Made by a program: the position numbers and the translations under genes
Part shown: positions 58,776 to 64,000 of the stretch, piece after piece
How the letters are laid out: every line of letters starts with the position of its first letter
Position numbering within the stretch: the stretch's first letter is position 1
NCBI RefSeq assembly: GCF_001591165.1
Contig: NZ_BCUG01000021.1
Location: 1 to 64,000, forward strand
Direction: 5' to 3'
Source of the DNA: Thauera butanivorans NBRC 103042
GTDB lineage: Bacteria; Pseudomonadota; Gammaproteobacteria; Burkholderiales; Rhodocyclaceae
Length of the DNA: 64,000 bases
Notes under the pieces: generated by a model
Databases searched by the model: none
The model's input: only the letters and a program-made list of their open reading frames with translations
Told to the model about the DNA's origin: nothing

Positions 58776-60797
58776 TCAATCCCCCGCCTTTGGCGGCGGC
58801 AGCGTTTCCAGGAAGGCCACTGCCTCGTCCTCGATGCGCGTGCGCCGCATCGGCGGCAGGCTGCGCCAGACGACCTTGCCGTAGGACTTGTCGATCATGC
58901 GCGGGTCGCACACGCACAGCACGCCGCAGTCGCGCTCGCTGCGGATCAGGCGGCCGGCGCCCTGCTTCATGTTGATGACGGTGCGCGGCAACTGGTGGTG
59001 GATGAAGGGGCTGAGCCCCTGCTTCTGCATGTGCTCGACGCGCGCGGCCAGCACCGGATCGTCGGGCGAGGCGAAAGGCAGCTTGTCGATGACCACCAGC
59101 GACAGCGCATCGCCCGGCACGTCCACGCCTTCCCAGAAGCTCTGGCTGGCGACCAGCACCGCGTTGCCGAGGCGGCGGAAGCGCTCCAGCAGCTCGGTGC
59201 GCGAACCTTCGCCCTGCAGCAGCACCGGCAGTTCGTCGCCGCTCTGCTGCAGGCCGTCGACGATCAGTTCGTGAATGCGGCGCATCGCGCGCAGCGAGGT
59301 GCACAGCACGAAAGCGCGCCCTTGCGCCGCGCGGATCAGCGGCAGGGCGACGCGGGCGACGCGCTCGGTATAGTCGGGCGAGTTCGGGTCCGGCATCCCT
59401 GCCGGCGCGTACAGCAGTGCCTGCTCGCCGTAGTCGAAGGGGCTGCCCCACACCGACGTCATCGGCGGCGGATCCATCCAGGCCAGGCCGAGTTCGCGGC
59501 AGTAGTGGCCGAAATCCGCCTTGCCGACCGCGAGCGTGGCCGAGGTGAATATCCACGCGCGCGGATGGCCTTCGAGCTGGCGCTTGAACACGTCCGACAC
59601 ATGCAGCGGCGTGCCGTTGAGAGCCAGCGACTGGCTGAAGACTTCGACCCAGCGGATCAGTTCCTTGTCTTCCGGGTTGCGCCAGCGCGCGAGGCGTTCG
59701 ATCATTTCCTCGCTGCGGCGCAGGCAGTTGGCCAGGCCTTCGGAGCGTTCGGCCTGGGTTTCGAGCACGGCGTGGAATTCACTCAGGGCTTTTTCCAGCG
59801 CCTCGACCTGGGCGTCGAAACCTTCGCGCTCAGCAGCCTGCGCGGCGGACAGGCGTACGCCGTCGTTGCCGAACACCAGGCGCAGGTCGCGCGCGGCCTT
59901 TTCCAGATTGCGGCTCTGGTCGATCATCGCCACGCAATCGCGCGCCGCGGCCACCGTCTCGGAGCGGGTGTCGCGCGCCAGCTCCAGCACCTGGGCGGTC
60001 GACACGCTCTCGCCGAAGAACAGGCTGGCCGTCTCGGGCAACTGGTGGGCCTCGTCGAAGATCACCGCATTGCAGGCCGGCAGCAGTTCGCCCATGCCTT
60101 CGTCGCGCAGCATCACGTCGGCGAAGAACAGGTGGTGGTTGACGACGACGACGTCCGCTTCCATCGCGTTGCGCCGCGCCTGCATGACGAAGCACTCTTC
60201 CTTGTTCGGACAGTCCTGGCCCAGGCAGTTGTCGCGGGTCGAAGTCGCCGCCAGCCAGGCCATCGAATCTTCACGCACGTCGGTGCATTCGGCCTTGTCG
60301 CCGCTCTGCGTGATCTGGGCGAAACGCGCGATGGCGCGCAGGTCGGCCGCGTCCTGCGGGGTCAGAAAGCGGCCGTCGCGGGCATTGCGGTCGAGATGGT
60401 AGTGGCAGACGTAGTTCGCCCTGCCCTTCAGCAGCGCGATCGACACCGGCACTTTCAGCGCCGCGCGCACGGTCGGCAGGTCGCGGTTGAAAAGCTGGTC
60501 CTGCAGCGTCTTGGTGCCGGTGGAGACGATGACCTTGCCGCCCGCCAGCAGCGCCGGCGCGAGATAGGCAAAGGTCTTGCCGGTGCCGGTACCGGCTTCC
60601 GCCACCAGTACGCGATGGGCGCGGATCGCCTCGGCGATCTGCTGCGCCATCTCGATCTGCTGCGGGCGGGCGCGGAAACCGGGGATCGCAGCCGCGAGCG
60701 GTCCCGATTCGGCAAACACCGCGGCGATGTCGGTCACACTGCCTCCCACGGATTGATGGTGTCCAGCTCGGCGGCCTGAAAAGGGCTGGTGTCGCAC
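58776..60797 (-). CDS. yoaA: ATP-dependent DNA helicase, DinG/YoaA family (Rad3-like, Fe-S)
   Basis: AEAGTGTGKTFAYL Walker A. DEAH box (VIFDEAHQL). 4-Cys Fe-S region (CTDVREDS...C..DCPNKEEC). Helicase C-terminal motifs. The start is either ATG 60797, which overlaps vapC by 64 nt, or GTG 60737, which overlaps the vapC stop (GTGA). Confidence 0.85.
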   Translation of the reverse strand: MRHQPFSGRRAGHHQSVGGSVTDIAAVFAESGPLAAAIPGFRARPQQIEMAQQIAEAIRAHRVLVAEAGTGTGKTFAYLAPALLAGGKVIVSTGTKTLQDQLFNRDLPTVRAALKVPVSIALLKGRANYVCHYHLDRNARDGRFLTPQDAADLRAIARFAQITQSGDKAECTDVREDSMAWLAATSTRDNCLGQDCPNKEECFVMQARRNAMEADVVVVNHHLFFADVMLRDEGMGELLPACNAVIFDEAHQLPETASLFFGESVSTAQVLELARDTRSETVAAARDCVAMIDQSRNLEKAARDLRLVFGNDGVRLSAAQAAEREGFDAQVEALEKALSEFHAVLETQAERSEGLANCLRRSEEMIERLARWRNPEDKELIRWVEVFSQSLALNGTPLHVSDVFKRQLEGHPRAWIFTSATLAVGKADFGHYCRELGLAWMDPPPMTSVWGSPFDYGEQALLYAPAGMPDPNSPDYTERVARVALPLIRAAQGRAFVLCTSLRAMRRIHELIVDGLQQSGDELPVLLQGEGSRTELLERFRRLGNAVLVASQSFWEGVDVPGDALSLVVIDKLPFASPDDPVLAARVEHMQKQGLSPFIHHQLPRTVINMKQGAGRLIRSERDCGVLCVCDPRMIDKSYGKVVWRSLPPMRRTRIEDEAVAFLETLPPPKAGD

Positions 60798-61156
60798 GTT
60801 GCGACTGCCAGGCCATGCACTGCGGCCGTGGCGGCAATGTGGCCGTCCGCCTCGCCGATGGCCTTGCCCGCGGCCCTCGCCCGCGCCATCAGGTCGGAAT
60901 AGGCTCGCGAAGCATCCAGATCGAAGGGCAGCACACGGCCCGCGAAAACCGGCAGCACCTCATGTTCCAGGCGCTGCTGGTAGACCGTGCGGCGCTTGCC
61001 CTCGGGCATCGTTGCAATGCCGTAGCACAACTCGGCCACCGTGATGGCGGACAGATAGAGCGTTTCGACAGCCTGTGCATCGATCCACGCCAACACCTTC
61101 GGATTCGGCTCGATCTTCCACAATTCGGAAATGACGCTCGTATCGACGACGATCAT
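60734..61156 (-). CDS. vapC: Type II toxin VapC (PIN-domain ribonuclease, FitB-like)
   Basis: MIVVDTSVISEL...TVAEL....D..IAATA..H.LAVATCD are PIN acidic residues. 140 aa. Overlaps vapB by 4 nt. Confidence 0.85.
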   Translation of the reverse strand: MIVVDTSVISELWKIEPNPKVLAWIDAQAVETLYLSAITVAELCYGIATMPEGKRRTVYQQRLEHEVLPVFAGRVLPFDLDASRAYSDLMARARAAGKAIGEADGHIAATAAVHGLAVATCDTSPFQAAELDTINPWEAV

Positions 61157-61410
61157 TCGAAGCTCATCGGCTCGGCCGGCGTCCTGTCACGAAGCTGATT
61201 GAAATGCTCGGCTTCGGCATCCGTCAGGCCACCCGCCTCGCGGGCGATGGAGACCAGCAGGGAACCGAGCCTGACGCGCTCGGGCGGTCGGGCTGCGGCT
61301 TCCAGGATTTCGCGGATTTCGGCCTCGGTGCTGCGGCCATGTTGGGCGGCCCGTACGCGAAGCGCGCGATGCACTTCATCCGGCAGATTTCTTACCGTCA
61401 CCGTGGCCAT
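61153..61410 (-). CDS. vapB: Type II antitoxin VapB (FitA-like ribbon-helix-helix)
   Basis: MATVTVRNLPDEVHRALRVRAAQHGRSTEAEIREIL is an RHH/Arc-MetJ fold typical of FitA/StbC antitoxins. 85 aa. Confidence 0.75.
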   Translation of the reverse strand: MATVTVRNLPDEVHRALRVRAAQHGRSTEAEIREILEAAARPPERVRLGSLLVSIAREAGGLTDAEAEHFNQLRDRTPAEPMSFE

Positions 61411-61503
61411 GTCGTCTTGTCCTATGAATCGCTTTCAATGCTGTCAACTTATCCGAATAGACATCATCTTTCAATGAGCGGAGAGATTGCGCGCCACGAG
61501 CCA

Positions 61504-61554
61504 TCACATTTCCGTCATGTCCGCTCTGTACGATCCGGCGAGTCGGAAATGTGA
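61504..61554 (+). promoter_or_regulatory. 11-bp perfect inverted repeat (TCACATTTCCG / CGGAAATGTGA) with 29-bp spacer upstream of gspC-like gene
   Basis: Sits in the divergent vapB/gsp intergenic region, 37 nt before the 61591 ATG. Confidence 0.3.
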
Positions 61555-61590
61555 CAGAAACGTACTTGCAACAATGACTCGGGAGACGGC

Positions 61591-62088
61591 ATGCAATGGC
61601 TTGGCAACCACCGCGGATGGACTGCAGTGGTGGAATCGGCCTGGCTGCCCGCGCTGGCCTGGCTGCTGTCGCTGGGCCTGGTCGCCTGGCTCGCGGCCGG
61701 CGCATTCTGGGCGTGGCGGGACACGCCGCCGCTCATTGCCCTGCCCCAGCACGACGCCGACCCACGCTCGGTGGCGGCGAAGATCATGCGCCATGCCGGC
61801 GGCGCGCCATCCGCATCCGCGGCCGCTGCAACACAGGCCGCCGCACCACCATTCACGCTGGTCGGCCTGGCGACCGGCTTCGGCAGCGAGCGTGGCTTCG
61901 CCCTGTTCGAGACGGTCGATGGCCAGCGCCGTGCCGTGCTTGCCGGCGACGGCACGGCAGAGGGCTGGACGCTGATCGCGATCCGGCCGGACCGCGTCGT
62001 GCTCGAACGCGCCGGACGGACTGTCGAGCTCGCCCTTGCCGAAGCGCGCAGCCCGGACTCCTCCGACGAGGCCCCGTCCAGGCCATGA
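61591..62088 (+). CDS. Putative type II secretion inner-membrane component (GspC/GspN-like, short, no PDZ)
   Basis: Single N-terminal TM (AWLPALAWLLSLGLVAWLAAGAFWAW) plus a periplasmic domain. Its stop overlaps the gspD start (ATGA). Assignment is based on context more than on sequence. Confidence 0.45.
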   Translation: MQWLGNHRGWTAVVESAWLPALAWLLSLGLVAWLAAGAFWAWRDTPPLIALPQHDADPRSVAAKIMRHAGGAPSASAAAATQAAAPPFTLVGLATGFGSERGFALFETVDGQRRAVLAGDGTAEGWTLIAIRPDRVVLERAGRTVELALAEARSPDSSDEAPSRP

Positions 62089-64000
62089 ACTCCGGATACC
62101 TACACGCCCTGAATCCTTCTTCCCCGATGACGATGCCTTCCTGTCCGCCGACGCCTTGTCCGCCTGGCCATGCTCATGCGCTGTCACCGGCACCGCGCAA
62201 TGCACAGGCGATCAGCACTGCCGCAGGGCGCGCCACCACAGGGCACACCGCCAGACGCTCGGCAATCGGGCGCTGGCTGCGCGCATGCTGTTTGTGTGCC
62301 CTGTCGCTGCACGCCGCCGCGGCCTGGCCGCAGGCTGCCGGCGAACCGGTCTCGCTCAATTTCCAGAACGCCGACATCGACGACGTGATCCATGCGATCG
62401 GACGCCTGACCGGGCACAACTTCCTGCTCGATCCGCGCGTCAAGGGCAAGCTCAACATCGTCACCAACACCCCGATCGCGCGCGAACTCAGCTATCCCAT
62501 CCTGCTGTCGGCGCTGCGCCTGCAGGGCTTCACCGCGGTGGAAGGCGAAGGCGTGATCAAGATCGTGCCCGAAGCCGATGCCAAGCAGCACGCCGCGCCG
62601 GTGTCCGCCGCCCGCCGTGGCAGCCAAGGAGCCCGCGGCGACCGCCTGGTGACCCAGGTCTTCCCGCTCAAGTTCGAATCCGCCGCGCAGATGGTCGGCG
62701 TCGTGCGGCCGCTGGTGTCGCCCAACAATAGCGTCACCGCCTTCGCCTCGAACAATACCCTGGTGGTCACCGACTACGCATCGAACATCGAGCAGATCGC
62801 CGCGGTGATCTCCTCCATCGACGTCAGCCAGAGCGATGTCGCGGTGTTCGAGCTGCAGCACGCCGCGGCGATCGATCTCGCCCCCATCCTGACCCGGCTG
62901 CTGGGCGAACAGACTGGCGGCGGCCAGCAAGGCGGACCGGACGCACCGCGCATCATGGCCGAGCCGCGCAGCAACGCGCTGCTGCTGCGGGTGGACAACC
63001 CCAGCCGCCTCAGTTCGATCCGCCAGTTGATCGCCTCGCTCGACCGCCCCGGCGCCGGCGCCAACATCCACGTCGTCTATCTGCGCAACGCCGACGCCCG
63101 CCAGGTCGCCGCGACGCTGAACGCCGCGCTCGCCGGCGAGGCGCGCACCGGCACGGACGGCGCAAGCGGCACCACGCCGCTGACGCGCACCATGGCCACC
63201 GAAGCAGATGGCGGCCTCGCCACCGGCGCAGGCCTGGCAGCGGCCGCCGGCCAGCGCAGCGCCCCGCTCCAGGGCGAAAATTCCGGCGCGGTGCAGGCCG
63301 ACCCGATCAACAACGCGCTGATCATCAATGCGCCGGATGCGATCTACCGCAACCTGCGCCAGGTCATCGACCAGCTCGACCGCCGCCGTGCGCAGGTCTA
63401 TATCGAAGCGCTGATCGCCGAGATCTCGACCGAACGCGCCGCAGAATTCGGCCTGCAATGGATCGGCGCCGGCTCGAGCGGCAGCGGCAGCAACGCCGTC
63501 GGCATCATCGGCGGCACCGCCTTCGGCAGCGGCGGCAACAACCTGCTGCAGTTGATCGGCAGCACCGCCAATGGCGGCACGCCCAGCCTGCCCGGCAACG
63601 GCCTCAACATCGCCATCGGCGGCGGCAGGGTCAACATCCCCGGCATCGGCGAAGTGTTCAGCCTCGGCGTGCTGGCGCGCTTCCTCGAGAACGAGGTCAG
63701 CGCCAACATCCTGTCCACGCCGAACATCGTCACGCTGGACAACGAGGAAGCCAAGATCGTCGTCGGCCGCAACCTGCCCTTCGTCACCGGCCAATACACC
63801 AACACCGGCGGCGGCACGACGCCGGCCAATCCCTTCCAGACCATCGAGCGCCGCGACGTCGGCCTCACGCTGCAGGTGCGGCCGCAGATCTCCGAAGGCG
63901 GTTCGATCCGGCTGCAGATCTACCAGGAAGCCTCGGCGTTGCTCGGCAGCGCCGAGGCCGCCAACGGCCCGGTCACCACCAAGCGTTCGATCGAATCGAT
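62085..64000 (+). CDS. gspD: Type II secretion system secretin GspD (5' partial, runs off window end)
   Basis: I translated it manually because an open-ended ORF is not in the track. N0/N1 domains (VSLNFQNADIDDVIHAIGRLTGHNFLLDPRVKGKLNIV...). ANIHVVYLRNADA. Secretin core (VYIEALIAEIS, LSTPNIVTLDNEEAKIVVG). No stop codon through position 64000. Confidence 0.9.
   Translation, partial: MNSGYLHALNPSSPMTMPSCPPTPCPPGHAHALSPAPRNAQAISTAAGRATTGHTARRSAIGRWLRACCLCALSLHAAAAWPQAAGEPVSLNFQNADIDDVIHAIGRLTGHNFLLDPRVKGKLNIVTNTPIARELSYPILLSALRLQGFTAVEGEGVIKIVPEADAKQHAAPVSAARRGSQGARGDRLVTQVFPLKFESAAQMVGVVRPLVSPNNSVTAFASNNTLVVTDYASNIEQIAAVISSIDVSQSDVAVFELQHAAAIDLAPILTRLLGEQTGGGQQGGPDAPRIMAEPRSNALLLRVDNPSRLSSIRQLIASLDRPGAGANIHVVYLRNADARQVAATLNAALAGEARTGTDGASGTTPLTRTMATEADGGLATGAGLAAAAGQRSAPLQGENSGAVQADPINNALIINAPDAIYRNLRQVIDQLDRRRAQVYIEALIAEISTERAAEFGLQWIGAGSSGSGSNAVGIIGGTAFGSGGNNLLQLIGSTANGGTPSLPGNGLNIAIGGGRVNIPGIGEVFSLGVLARFLENEVSANILSTPNIVTLDNEEAKIVVGRNLPFVTGQYTNTGGGTTPANPFQTIERRDVGLTLQVRPQISEGGSIRLQIYQEASALLGSAEAANGPVTTKRSIES

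Noticed and set aside
62184-63794. 536-aa minus-strand ORF
   Set aside because: It is antisense to gspD, whose secretin motifs are unmistakable on the plus strand.

Overview
This is high-GC (~67%) chromosomal DNA, most likely betaproteobacterial. Every clear homologue I recognise points that way: a PHA phasin, a betaproteobacterial-style minor-pilin operon, and the mltG-tmk-holB-pilZ-tatD block. Coding is dense, with about 65 genes, mostly housekeeping. I found no rRNA, tRNA, CRISPR array or obvious IS element.

Recognisable blocks, in window order:
- ppsA, divergent from its regulator ppsR.
- msrB.
- A thiolase.
- A long minus-strand type IV pilus minor-pilin operon, pilE-fimT-pilV-pilW-pilX-pilY1. 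It is followed by a retropepsin-like protease and a NUDIX CoA pyrophosphatase.
- A YjfB-like small motility protein, then yajQ, ppnP and argD-argF-argG.
- rpsT, murJ, an HDAC-like amidohydrolase and a DUF429 gene.
- mltG-tmk-holB-pilZ-tatD.
- ygfZ, an NRDE protein, a SpeE-like/GNAT/L,D-transpeptidase block, tadA and ygiD.
- An SLC13 permease, an HDOD protein, an esterase and PPK2.
- A LemA-TPM-TPM triad and a phasin.
- moaE-moaD-moeA-mobB.
- A YoaA/DinG helicase, a vapBC toxin-antitoxin pair, and the start of a type II secretion operon (gspC-like plus a partial gspD).

The most interesting region is a tightly coupled plus-strand cluster at about 25.75-36.2 kb. It opens with a palindromic putative operator. 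It then encodes YjfI-like (DUF2170), YjfJ-like PspA/IM30, a YqiJ/NfeD-like membrane protein, YqiK-like flotillin, a 1785-aa multidomain protein and a short MscS-like channel. The 1785-aa protein has an unrecognised N-terminal domain, a long helical middle, and a single AAA+ module of the MoxR/dynein (AAA_5) type. A 93-bp inverted repeat sits between the flotillin gene and the giant gene. I could not assign the giant protein to a characterised family. The whole cluster looks like an undescribed module for membrane microdomains, membrane remodelling or envelope stress.

The many long ORFs in the track that run antisense to these genes are high-GC frame artefacts, not genes.
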